DNA from: Rhynchopus sp. YZ270_cl-10 | Lineage: Eukaryota | Assembly (NCBI GenBank): GCA_964035575.1 | Contig: OZ037841.1 | Location: 1,054,001-1,118,000 of the forward strand | DNA: 64,000 nucleotides | Direction of reading: 5' to 3' | Part shown: positions 1-14,300 of the stretch, one piece after another | How the letters are laid out: every line of letters starts with the position of its first letter | Position numbering within the stretch: position 1 is the first letter of the stretch | Made by a program: the position numbers and the translations under genes | The notes under the pieces: generated by a model | The model's input: only the letters and a program-made list of their open reading frames with translations | Told to the model about the DNA's origin: nothing | Databases searched by the model: none

Positions 1-3000
1 CGAAGTATCCGACCGCGCCCCCCTCCCCCTCTCGCTGTCCCACTTCTCCAAAGTCTGCACCCACGGCACCTTGCTCCCCTCCGACTTCATCACCTATCAC
101 GCAAGCCACCCAGGGTTTTTCCTTTCCGCGCATAAGAAGGCTGTTATCACAAAACTACAACATCTTATCCCACCAATGCTTGAGTGGGCACACGAGCAGG
201 GTCTCGCAAGGGAGTGGGATGTATGTCAAGACCCCACTCCAGAGGATGCGACCACAGCGTATTTTCCGGTGCTTGGTGCGAATTTGGTGCAGAGTTGTTT
301 TAATGTTATTAATGGGTTTGCGAACAAACGTAAGGTGTCCACTCGGTACACCGACGACGAACGTGGCCTGAGTGACACCGCCGTGGAGTCTATCCTGATG
401 TTTGCTTGCGTCTGGTCGTTCGGTGCTGCGTTGGCTGTAGGAATGACACAACGTGTAGCGTTTAATCAGTTCTTCCGCAACCTGGTCATCGACAAAGGCC
501 TGCAAGCACGCTACCCAATGCCCATGGGTGACGAGCTCGGACTGGTCTTCGACTACGTTTATGATGTAGGTGGGAGGGAGTGGCTGCGCTGGGGCTCCCT
601 CCCAGAGGCGGATCGACCAAGCCAATCTACGCTTTGCGCATTGAGGCAACACTTTATCTCAGAAACGGCTGCCACAGTGATGATCTGGCTCCTCAAGCAT
701 CTCACAGCGAAGGGCGTCAACGTACTCATCGCAGGCCCGCCTGGGGTAGGGAAGTCTAGCCTGTTGACGCACGCTCTGCGGAACAGTGTAAGTGTATATT
801 GCGCAAATGCAACAGCACAGCACCTCGTATCTGCGTTAGGATCGCAACTGCAGAAGGCGCGGAACAACGTCATCCAACTCCCAGACCGGCTGGAGAAGCC
901 TCTTACCCTCATGCTAGAGGCGGCGGAGCTGGCTTCGACAGAGTGTTTCGAACTCCTCCGGCAACTCCACGACAACGGAGGATGGTACGACACATACTCC
1001 TCAGAGCTTTTAACGGTGCAAGACGTTGCATGCACTGTCTGCTGTGACCGAGACGGCATCCTCAACTTTGGTGTCCGCCACTTAAGCCGCTTCCATTTTA
1101 TAACCCATACTGCACCAGAATCAGATGAACTACGTGACATGCTCTGCCAAATGCTGCGTACCTGGGTGGAAGAGGATCCACACAACGCAAAAAGAAGACC
1201 ACCCGCTACAGAGAAAGAAGCACTCCGCCTTAAAGAAATCGTTGATGCCACCCCACGCCTTGCCATAATCCTTGTTGCTTTATACACCGAAGTACAAACC
1301 CGCTTTACCGAACAAAATGACGCACGCAGCCTATGGAACCTCACCGTCCTCAGCAATGTCCTGCAAGGCATGCGTCTCTGCGGGGTCCGCCGTGCCACCA
1401 GTCTACGAGACGTTCTTCGCATGCTAATCAACGAATGTTTCAACTCCTTCGGCTCCCGTTTTGAACCCTCCGGAAAAGAACGCCGATGGGTTGAAAGCAA
1501 AACCTGGAATTTAGTCCTAGAACACTTCCCAGAGTACAGCCGCAACACCATTTGCAGGGGAAACACGAGATTCTGGTTTGGTGGTCTCCTTGATTATACA
1601 GACCACCGCAGTGCCACAACATGGAGGGACATCATAGCAGATGGGACGCTCACATATGCAGGAGCGTTGGGCTGTGAGGCATCGAAGGATAGACAGCATT
1701 GCCTTCACCGTCTTTTGTATCAAGGGAGCGATTCTGTTTTGTCTAATGTGACGTATTTGATGCGTGCGCTGACACGGTGTCGTGGTGGTGGCGGTGGGCA
1801 CGTTCTTCTGTTGGCGCAGACGTATGCTGAGAGTATGCATGAACTCAACCTAGCCGCGTTCCTCAGAGATGCAAAAGTGTTTCGCCCTGAAGCGCAACCG
1901 TATGCTACCATGTTGGATTGGAGGGGGATACTGCGTAGTGCATGTGTCACCGCGTTTGTGTCGACCCAGCCGTGTGTGGTTGTGGTGCAAGAGGCGAGTG
2001 TACGACCCGCATGGCTTGCAGATGTCGCAGCGATAGCAAAGCATGGAGACGCAGCAGGGTTGTTTTCGGCATCTGATTGGGCATCGTTGACGCAAACTGT
2101 TGTTAATTCTCTTCGAAAACAGGGTATTCCGGTGCAAGGAAAGGCGCATATTCGGCAGGTCTTCAAAGCAGCGTTGTTGCAACGTCTTCACTTTGTTGTC
2201 GTGCTTGACCCTGATGCGCGCAGTTTCTCTACCTCTATTAGGACCAACGTAGTCTTTCAGACACACTTCCAGATGGTATCGTTGCACAGTGCAGATCGGG
2301 TGCATCTTCAACTCGCATGCGACGCACCACCAGAATACCGCTCACCACGCGAAACCCACGATGCCACCCCCGAAGACAGCCTCAACTCCAGCATCAACAC
2401 TACCCCCAAATCGCTTCTCGACATCTGCATTGATATGTTCTATGGGGCAAGGGATTCTCTTGAAGTGGATGGGCTAGGGCATGGGGAAGAGCCGTACCTA
2501 GCCAACGTGGATCTGTCTTCAGCATCGTTGAAGAAGATGATTGCGTTGAGCGGAAAGTTGTACACATTATTAGAATCCGCGAACGCAAGGGAGGAAACAA
2601 AGTACCGGGGATGTCTTGAATGGGTGAATGTGGCGGGGGAGGAGGAGGAGGAGAATGAGAGCCGGCCTGGGGGTGACGCACCGCTTGCATTGGCGCGGTG
2701 GACGGCGTTGCTGGAGGCGACGCTGGCGCAGAAGCGTACACTGCGTGGGGATGCGTTGTTCCTCGCTGCGTTCAACACCTGGGGTGTGGCGATGGCGGCA
2801 TCCGAGCCGTTCATCAAAGCGGTCGAGGACATCCTTCTGACGCACGGCATACCCTGTACACCCATGCTCAATATAGGTTCGATTGCGGATCGGATGGAGG
2901 AGCAAGGCCAAGCAGGGCTGGTCTCCCGGTGGGTAGCGGCAGGGGCCTTGCGGAGTTGTGTGCCACAGTGCATAGCGTTGAAGGTATGGCTGGGTTGTCT

Positions 3001-6000
3001 CCCTTCTATTTGCTCTTTGAGGACCTTGTGAAGAAAAATCGTGGCAGTAGTCTAACATTAATCAAAAGTGTTATTTTGGGTTGTGTATTTCAAAGACCGT
3101 GTTTTGAATAATTTTTCAATGTTGAAACAGTGTTATGGTGAAAACCTGCCAATAACTCAAATTGCTTTCAGCTTCCTTTTTATCTATCACTCAAACATCT
3201 TCTTTTTCTCCCTTTTCACCACAGTACCCAGCAAGCCAGGTTGTTGTTGCACTGGACCCTCACAATATTGCGCTGTCGTGTCTCTTTGCCACATCGAAGA
3301 GTATGTTTAAAACTTCCTTCCTTCATTTTTATGATCAAAGGTGACTAAGCACTCAGGTTCATCTCAGAACCTTTTTTGCTCAAAGCCTTTCTGTTTCTCC
3401 TGCACATATCGTATCACATGCCCCCTCAACGTCCCCCCACCTTTCCACAGGAGACGAGCTCCAGGTGGTCCCCCCACCGTACGACGACCACTCCCTTCGC
3501 GTCATCCGCAGCCACATGAGCGTGCCGTGTGTTCTCGTGTTCGACGGCGTCACACAAGCCGATCTGGACGCACCGTGGCTCAACTGCGCTGCTGCCGAGC
3601 TGCAGGGCCAGCACACCTCCACCTCCGGCACCTGCTTTGCCGACATCACGTTGTCTCCAGACTTTCGCTTGGTTCTGCTCGCAGGCGGTGCGGAGGCACG
3701 GAGCATACGTTTATCTGCACACATGAAGACGGCCACACAGTTCACCTCCTTCTGTCTGCTCCGTCGCAACGTCTCTGACGCGATGGCGCAGACTGCCTCT
3801 GAATTCTTCAACCCAATCCTCACCGACTGTGCGTCGCTCAAGAACGAGATGCAGCAGCTGCAGGACGCTGAGGAGGCGTTGCCCAACCTTGCGAAGGATG
3901 AGGTGAATAAGGCAAGCGGGTTGGTGCAGAGGACAGAACAGGCTTGTTCACAGGTGCAACATTACAAGGCACAACGGAGACGCAGCAGTGCCTACCCAAA
4001 GAACTACGTCGGCTGCTTCAAAAAGATTGGCAGGATATGCAGCATGGTGATGTACGTCTGCGCGACCACCTTCAGCAAGATCTCCCCTGGGAGTTGTTAC
4101 ACGGCGCAGTTCTATTATACAGCTATCAAGCGGGTGTTGCGGGAGACCCTTGCCTCAAGCAAAGACGGGTGTGAGGACGACTCGGACGCCGACATGCAGT
4201 ATTCGGACGACATGCTGCTCCCCATTCTGCTACACCGGGTGTCTCTGAGCTGCGCCGACCACCAACAAAAACTTCTCCTTGCGTTCCTCACCTTCATGGA
4301 GAAGGCCTATCGTACTGAATGGTATAGCGGGCAGGCGAGCTGTGTACGGCTAAGAACGATGGAGATGGAGGGGAGTCGTGAGCAGGTGTCCCGTCTGCTT
4401 CGTTTGAAGAGCAAGCCTGCACCACGGAGGAAGCGCTCTTCTACGCACAACTGCGTCGCAAGCAATGCAAGCGAGGAGGACTCTGACGCGGGGTTCAGCT
4501 TTTCGGAAGACCAGCCGTGTCCACAGATCCTCCGCTCTCTGGAAGACCTGGTGGTGCGCGACCTCAACCTCTCCACGTTGCACTACAACTTCCTCGAAAC
4601 GCAGACCTTCTCTGAGCGGCACGAAGTCGACGCAATATCGACCGCAGTAGCAAAGGTCAGCGCCCTCGTCCCTCTCCTGGTGATAGCGCATGAGGATTTG
4701 TTCCTCCCGCGGATGAAGGCGATTGTGCGTGAGAAGGACCGTGTGCGGTCTACCTTCTTTGTGACCTCCGCGCCGTCGCAAAAGGCAATGGCACGGTCGT
4801 TGATAAAGGATGCGACGGTCGATGGGGCGTGGATCGTGATAACAGATTTGGTGAACAGCGTTTCCTTCGCGCGAGAGATGACGGATATCGTGACGGTGCT
4901 GCTCCCAAGCCTCTCTGCGTCGAAGGTGCACAGAGACTTCAAGCTGATCATCCAAACGCAGGCACTGCCTTCTTTGCCGCATCTTCTTGTTGAGCGGTGT
5001 ACCAAAATAGGGTTGCAGGGGCCAAGCGGGTTGAAGGCAAGGTTGCAATGTGCGCTGCTTGCATTGGAGGACTACGTAGAACAGCCGGCGAGCACTGCGC
5101 GGATGAACAGTCCGCGGAAGCTGGAGTTGCTGGCGGTGTATCTGCGGTGTGTGGTGCTGCTGCACGCCATGATCATGGAGCGGCAGTCGCGGGGCTGGCT
5201 GCAGGGACGTGGTGAAGGCTTCACCTCTGACGACCTCACACGCGGTGTTGCCTCCCTCATCGCCTTCCTCAGAAGCAACGGGCCCTCGCTCGCGACACCC
5301 TCCGCCATCAGGCACGTCACCGCCGTGATCACATATGGTGTGCGTCTCGGCAGTCATGACGACGTAGCTGCGCTAGAAGCTATGGCCGGGCGTGTGTTTG
5401 GACCACTCGGGGAGACTACAGTTCTGGAGGATGCAGCAGCGTATACGTTCCACGGGAGGACATTTAACCTCACGCATGAGCTGGGGGCCTTTGTGGAAGC
5501 GCTGCCAGATGGAAATGCACCAGAGGTAATGTTAAATGTTATGTATTAAATGATGTGATCAACAAGGTTGACAGAAGCAGACAGAGGGTCTTAAAATTCG
5601 TTTTTTTGTTGTGCTTTTTTAAGGATCTGGTCTCTGTTTTGCCAATAAAATAGTGTGGGGGCTCCCTAAAACATGTTAAAAAATCGCAAAAAAGTTCAAA
5701 AAGTGTTTTTTACCTTTGCCAAAACTGAGATACAAAGGGGAAAAAAATGTTTTTTCCCAGCCAAAACTGGGAAAAACACATGTTTTCGTATGTTTTCAAA
5801 TGTTTACGGACCCTCGGACTACGGACCCTCCCACCCCACTTTCCAGCTATTTTGACTTATAGAAAGGGACTCTCGCAAATTTTTTTTCCCGCCTATATAG
5901 GGCTAATTTCGACGATTTGAGGCCGTTAAAACCAGAATTTGACACTTTTGAGCATCTGTGGGGGTCTAAAACGTGGTTTCGCGCACCCGAAATTTCGTGG

Positions 6001-8729
6001 TTTTTACTTAGGAAAATGCCCATTTCAACCCAAATTTTCGGTTTTTCTGGCCCGAAAGTCGAAAAAAAAAGCGCCGGGGGGCTTCGCCCCCCGAACCCCC
6101 CACTGGGGGGCGTAAAGCATACGCCCCCCAGACCCCCCTATGCAATTGGGGGCCTGCGGCGCAGTTCGGAGCTCTTGGTCATACCGAACTGGAATGTTAA
6201 ATGTGGATGTTATTGTGCTTGCAGCGTTGTTCCTTGCCATCATGCGGCATCAGACCTCATGCAGCAGAACACTACGGTGTCCAGCATCGGCAGTGCGTAC
6301 ACATCGGTGAAGGATTTTATCGACGTGACGTGGAACACGGACGACGTCTGGCATTTACGGGTTCAGTACAAGTGTGAGCAGTGCGACGAGGCGGCAGCGA
6401 TACCTTTCTCCTCTTCCCGGTGCAGGGTGGATCCTTATTTTCGCTGAAAATCCGAGATTTTTTTTCGTTTTATTTTCCTCTCCTGTTTTTGAGATTTTCC
6501 CGCGCAGGCCTGACGCTAACTTTCGGGTTTTTAGGAAATCGTGGGGGGTTGATGGTTTGTCCGCGAGCACAGCGAGTCGAAAAATTGAGTGACCGTCGGA
6601 AAAGAAAACGAACAAGCAGGTTGGGACCTGTACTGAGGCAGAATAGTGGTGTTTTTTTACACATCTCATCTATCGCAGAACTAAACCCCAGGGGAATATA
6701 GGTTTTGGGGGTTTTCGCTGAAACTCGGTCATTACTCGGTCGAGCCCAACCCAGCTCGTTCGGGCCTCCGGCAGAATGTGAGAATTCCTCGATTATCCTA
6801 CTGCGGAGTTCGACACTACATTGATATTTGCAATGGGCACACGCAGTATCAGTAATCTCAATACATTTACAAAAGAAACGGCGGTCATGGCACCCATGCC
6901 GAAGCAACGGTACGCAACATTTCTAAAAATTGCGCTCAAATTGCACGTTTTTAGTGCCAAACTATGTCACGCGAAGGGTGGGTTGCAAGCTTGCGCCGAA
7001 GGCGTACGGTGCGCTACTTTTATTCTCTCGCCACACTGCATGCTTCCTTTTCCTTCGGCGTTTGACCCCAATTAAATCGCGTTCTGTACTGCGCCCTCTG
7101 ATAAGGGTAGTACTTTCTAGAAACATTCTGAAGTCTGTTTTTGACACAATCGGGGTGGGTGGGCCATAATTTGCTCAACCAGTCGAAAATTGTGATTTTT
7201 CTGAAATTTGCATTGTGCCCAGCAAAAATCGTCGTTTTTTTTGAAGAATTTTCCAAAAAATATGCTATACCCCCTATGACTGGACCCAACTCCCCTCACT
7301 ATTTTTTCCCTCTTTTTTGACCCAGAAACCACGCGCTTTTTGAACCTTTTTATCCAAAATACTCCTTTTTAGGGAGCCCCCTGTGTGTTTTTTGTCTAAC
7401 CTACTAAGTGGGGTGTACGTCAGGTGTACACAGTATTGTACATGATCCCATCCCTGCCAATGGATGATCACCGATGCTTGCACTTGCTTCTCACAACATC
7501 CGCCACCCTCTATACAGGACCTAGCACTCTTGGGCCTCACAAACGCCACTACGGCAAATTTCGAACGCTACCGAACCAAGGAGGTATGTGGTAAAAAAAG
7601 TCCCCCCGGTAATACCCAAGAATGGATCTGCAAAACCCCGGTCATACCTGGTACCCATCAATATCAACTTCTTCTCTTTTTACCATCCTACTTTGTAATC
7701 CTCCACCCCCCACCACAGTTCTTCCGCACCATCCACGACGCACGCCGTGCCCTGCCCCCCATGATCCGCAACCACCACCACGACGAGCAGCTCCACCACG
7801 ACACACAACGTCTCCTCGACACCCTCCCCGCCCCTTTCGACATCGCACAGGCCTTCCAATGGCTGCCACCCCCCACAACCCCTCTTATGGAGGTCCTCAG
7901 CAGCCTCCTGGTCCCCGAGCTTTCTCTTTACAACGAAGTACTGGGGGCCGTTCGCCGGGATGCCACCCGACTGCAGACCTTCCTTGCGAGACGCAGTCGT
8001 TGCGAAGACCTCTGTGTGTCTCTCGCCCACGATGTGCTCTCAGGATGCGTTCCTGAGTCGTGGCTCCGCATCTCCAGAGTCCGCTCGATGCGGGGCCTTG
8101 CACACCGGAACAGCAAATCATATCAATCCCATTGGGTGCATCAAGAACCTTCCCTTGAAGCATGGCTTACCGCCCTCCGAAAAGGGCACGCATTCTTTTC
8201 TGCGTGGACAGGAGATGGGAACGTACCGAACATCGTTTCCATCGCAGCCTTCACAGACCCATCTAGCGTCTTCTTCGCTGAGATGGAACGGTGTGCGGTG
8301 GAGGCGAACGTTCCCTTAGCAGAGGTGCAGTTGCATTTGGACTGTGCGGTCCCTGAGACGCCAGACAAACCGTGCCAAGGAGAGGCAATGCATCTCGAAG
8401 GGTTGGCAGTCCAAGGTGCAGTGTGGAATGTGCAGAATGGAAGGCTTGAACCCCCGCAGGAGGGGGTACATAGCAGCGCGCTGCCGGTGATGTACATGGC
8501 ATGCCAGGTGGCGGGGGAAGAGGAGAACGTTCCTGGGTCGCCTGCGTCAGAGGGAGGAGGAGGAGGAGGAGTTGGAGGGGGAGGAGGCAGAGGTGGTGAG
8601 GAGACCACGTTCATCACGGTGCCGCTGTACCCGAGCTTTGCGCGGACGGTGCTCATCGCTTACGTGACGCTGCCCGCCAGCTCTGAGCTCTGGGGGACCG
8701 ACACAGCGATTTCGGCACATTCATGGTGA
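1..8729 (+). CDS. Divergent dynein heavy chain-like protein, 3' part (exons ~<1-2983, 3225-3300, 3451-5525, 7518-7583, 7719-8729); stalk/MTBD apparently absent
   Basis: Dynein motifs occur in order: FACVWSFGA, VFDYVYD..W..W, AAA3 P-loop GPPGVGKS, RW..GDALFLAAF, LDPHN (AAA5 start), GAWIV/HRDFKL/GPSGLKA/LHAMIMER/ITYG (AAA6), then VPESW, GLAVQGAVWN, VPLY..RT. GT-AG introns keep the frame. The ORF is open at the left window edge. Confidence 0.85.
5657..7381. mobile_element. Non-autonomous DNA transposon inside a dynein intron
   Basis: Perfect 15-bp TIR: GGGGGCTCCCTAAAA (5657-5671) and TTTTAGGGAGCCCCC (7367-7381). Further subterminal inverted similarity (AAAAAGTTCAAAAAG / CTTTTTGAACCTTTTT). TGT lies directly outside both ends (candidate 3-bp TSD). 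Confidence 0.7.
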
Positions 8730-9485
8730 AGCAATAAAAGGAGATTTTTTTTTGTTGAGATTTTTGCTAAATTTTTTGATGCTCTTGGCAAAAAAAGGGG
8801 TACTTTGTTAGTGCGTGGTAGATGCGTGGTCTTAAAGCTTTTAAAAAGGTGACAACAGCGAGGTTTAGGTTCATCTTATCAAATTTTTCGTTAAAATGCG
8901 GCTAAAAAAAATCATATTTACATAAAAATGTTCTTAGTACACCCAGCAGGTCTTACGGTCGTGGCTGTGGTTTCTAGGAGTTATGTTATAAAGGGGAGCG
9001 GGTTTTCTTTAAAAAAAACTTTTCCCTTTTTTATTATTTTTCTTCTTTCTGTAAGGTTCTTTCGTGGCTATTTTCCCCCATCTTCAGTGCACAAGAGATA
9101 GTGTTAAATATTTGGTTCAAACGTCGTGAATAGCCCCATATGGTGCAGAGGGAAGGGAGGTTCTTTGAAGTTAACTCTTTCCTTTCGTGAACACTCCGGG
9201 GTTCGATGTCAACTTCACTTCGTTACCGTGCTCTGTTTTCTCTTGCGCAAAAAGAAAAAAAAAAATATTCCCATATTGTCCCCCCCTCGTACCGCCAGAG
9301 AGTAGGGGCTGTTTTTATGTCTATCTGTACTTCATTGGAGGATTGTGCTATCACGTTTAGTACTATTAGTACTATTTTTTTTTTTTTTTGCTGTACTTCA
9401 TTGGTATACACATCACACACCCCACACGACCGTCCCCCCCGGTTCTTTCCTTGTGGCGCATCTGCCTGGGTCCTCTCCCACTCAG

Positions 9486-11342
<1,857 letters not shown>

Positions 11343-14300
11343 CGGAGCGAGAAGCGTGACCCCGAGTCGCTCGCAGCCCACAACTACGAGCAACTTCCTC
11401 GCGAGTGCATAGAAACACGCCCTGGTCCCCGCCACTTCCCAAACCAAGCCTCCTCATCATCATCATCATCATCCGTGGCATCCTTTTCTCCTCGCCCCTT
11501 TTTCCCTACGTCACTCTCAGACACATCTTCTTCCTCTGCTTCCTCCTCTTCTTCTTCTTCCTCTTCTTCCTCCTCCTCTTCAACGGATAGATCCTCCTCA
11601 CGTACGTGCTGCTCCGATGCTGAGAACACGCTCACGATAACCACCCTCAACTGCACATCCCTGCAGAACTACGCACACATCATACACGACCTGCAGTGCG
11701 ATATAATTTGTCTGCAAGAGACAAAATTGACCGAGTCCAAGATCTTTGAGATGAACGACTTCTTCACCACAGTTTGGTCCCCAGAGTGGGGCCCCCCCAT
11801 GGATGGCGCACTCGTCCATGGCATCCGCAGTCCACACATTGGGGAACGTGGGGGAGTTGCCACCATGCTGAAGAGACCGGGCATCATGTTCCTGGACACC
11901 GAATTGACGTCTTCTCTGAAGCCCTCGCTGAGGAAACGCGTGGTGCACACACGCGTGGCGCTTGGTTCCGGCCGTCTGTTCCTGCATGTGGTGAATGTGT
12001 ACGCCCCGTCAGGTGACACGCCAAGAGGTACAGTTGCTTCCCGCGAAGAACTCCTCCACACAGTGCTTGTGAAGTTTCGAGAAGCCCTGGGTAACGTTCC
12101 GTTGATTGTGTGCGGCGACCTCAACACCGATGTGGAAAGATCACCAACATTGCGGAAAGCACTCGCCAATGACTGGTGCGATGTCGCGCTCCTGGGAAGC
12201 ACTGGGGATGACGGCAAGCCCCCTGCCACGTTCACTCGCAAAGACTCAGCGGGAACCCGTATCGACTACATCCTGCTGAATAGCGTCGCTGCACACGCCA
12301 TTCATAGCTGTTGGACACAGAGCATCAACTGCATCCCCAGCCACAAGTCCGTCAACGTGCGGCTCTGCCTCTCTGTGTTTACAGAGTCGACACTCCGATA
12401 CATTATTCCCAAGCAGATGCCGGAGCTTGGACTTGTGGCGAATGCTGAGACAGTCGGCAGGAATCTCCTACAACAACACAACTGTGCCGCAGCACTTGCG
12501 TCCGGTGACATTGACGATGCGTGGGAAGCGATCGCATTGGCTGGGGAAGAGTTTCTCCTGCTCGCGGCAAAGGCAGCTGGTGACACGCTTTCGAAAGGGT
12601 TCTGTGGCCGCTCCAAGATCCCCCATCCGGTGTTGAAACCTGTGTGTGCACCTACACGACCGGCGTCTGTTGGTGGGTCTTCCCCCCGACAGGACCAACT
12701 TGCCAAATTCGAGTACAAGCTCACGGATCTCATCGCAAAGACTGAATCTTGTCCTGGTGGGGTGATGGAGAATCCTGTGCGCAATGCCTGGGGTAAAGTG
12801 TTCCGTACCGCAATTACGCTCAAGTTGATGAGGTCCGAGGAGACGACAATCCCTCTCTCGCTCGAAAGGCAAATACAGATCCTTAACTCTCTGCTGGAAA
12901 AATCCAAGATGCTTATGAACCTTGAGATACGCAATACCCGTCTACAGCGCGAGAAGCAGTACACCACCAAGCTGAAGGTGGATTTCAGCAGCGAACGACG
13001 AAAACTCACGGCGTGGTGCATGGGTAAACAGGGTGTTCCTATTTCCGCCCTTCGGGGGGAAGATGGTGTGCTTACGGCCAACCACAGGGAGATGGACAAA
13101 CTCCTGCGTGATGAATGGAAATCGGTGTTCAACCTATACGACCACGACCATCCCGAGCCAACTCTCGCCTCTTTCGAACAACGTTTCGGCAGCTTCGTCG
13201 CGCACTCCCCGATGTCCCTAGACCCGCTAAGTGGTGCTGACTTGCGTAGAACGCTTGACAAGAAAGGTAAGCGCACGGACGCCTGCGGAACTGATGGCTG
13301 GCGCTCATTGGAGCTTCATGCGATGCCCCTGTGCATACTGGACGGTTTTGCCCGAGTGTTCAACGCGATAGAGACGAACGGTGTGTGGCCGCAAGCGCTG
13401 TTGACCGCCCTGGTGACGCTCCTTCCCAAAGGCGAGGACCAGTCCCCCTTGAAGCTACGTCCTGTGACAGTGACCAGTGCGGTGTACCGGTTGTGGGCCT
13501 GCGCACGCCTGCAGGCAGTTCAACAATGGCAGGAACAATGGGTACACCCGTCGCAACATGGCTTCCGCCCAAAGCACAGCACGAACGACGTCTTGTATGA
13601 CGTCTTCACACAGATGGAGGACGCTCTGCTCGGTGGCGAACCGCTGCACGGTCTGGCACTCGACTTTGCGAAGTGCTTCGACCGCGTACCACAGGGCCTC
13701 ACCTTGGATCTTGTAGAGAAGATGGGGCTTCACCCCAGGATCATGACACCTCTGCGAGCAATGTACGCCAAGCTGAGACGGCGGTTCAAGCTGCCCTCCG
13801 GCGTAGGAGAGGCGTACTCCGTGACGAATGGGATTCTGCAGGGGTGCCCCCTCTCTGTGGTGCTCATCAACGCCTTGATGTCGGTCCTGACACACTGCAT
13901 CACGGCAGAGGTACCTGAGGCGTTTGTACGGTCGTTTGCTGACGACGCATACCTTTTGTCTCGCCATAGTGAAGCTTCGGTGGGGGCGTGTCTGCTGCGA
14001 GTGGAGGACTTCTGCCGCATCACAGGCATGCGCCTCAACATGGCGAAGACCTTTGCCTTCTCATCATTGAAGAACCACAAATGCAAGCTGAAGTCTGAGG
14101 ACAACCATAGGTTCCGGACAACAGAGTCACTCCGCTCACTCGGCGTGATGATGTACAGCTCCCTACGGAGCAAGGGGCGATACAACGCTACGGTATACCA
14201 ATCAGCCGTGAGGGCGCTCTCATGTTTGGGTGCGACACCGCTCTCCTTCTCCCAGAAGGTATCTATTGCCACATCTGCCATCCTCCCTTCAGTGTTATAC

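Noticed and set aside
7584..7718. Part of the 421-aa ORF treated as coding
   Set aside because: Bounded by GTATGT and CCACAG, 135 nt long and compositionally intron-like; probably an in-frame intron.
9190..9207. 18-bp direct repeat AACACTCCGGGGTTCGAT (also at 15754-15771) as the TSD of element A
   Set aside because: The 3' copy lies within ORF2 and continues into the terminal hairpin. The 5' copy also carries the distal TCAACTTCACTT, and the motif recurs at ~41900. It is better explained as a deleted solo terminus.
9391..9410. SL RNA gene used as a SLACS/CRE-type insertion target
   Set aside because: Only the last 13-16 nt of the leader are present, and no remainder of an SL RNA gene or array flanks either element. 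The endonuclease is APE, not restriction-like.
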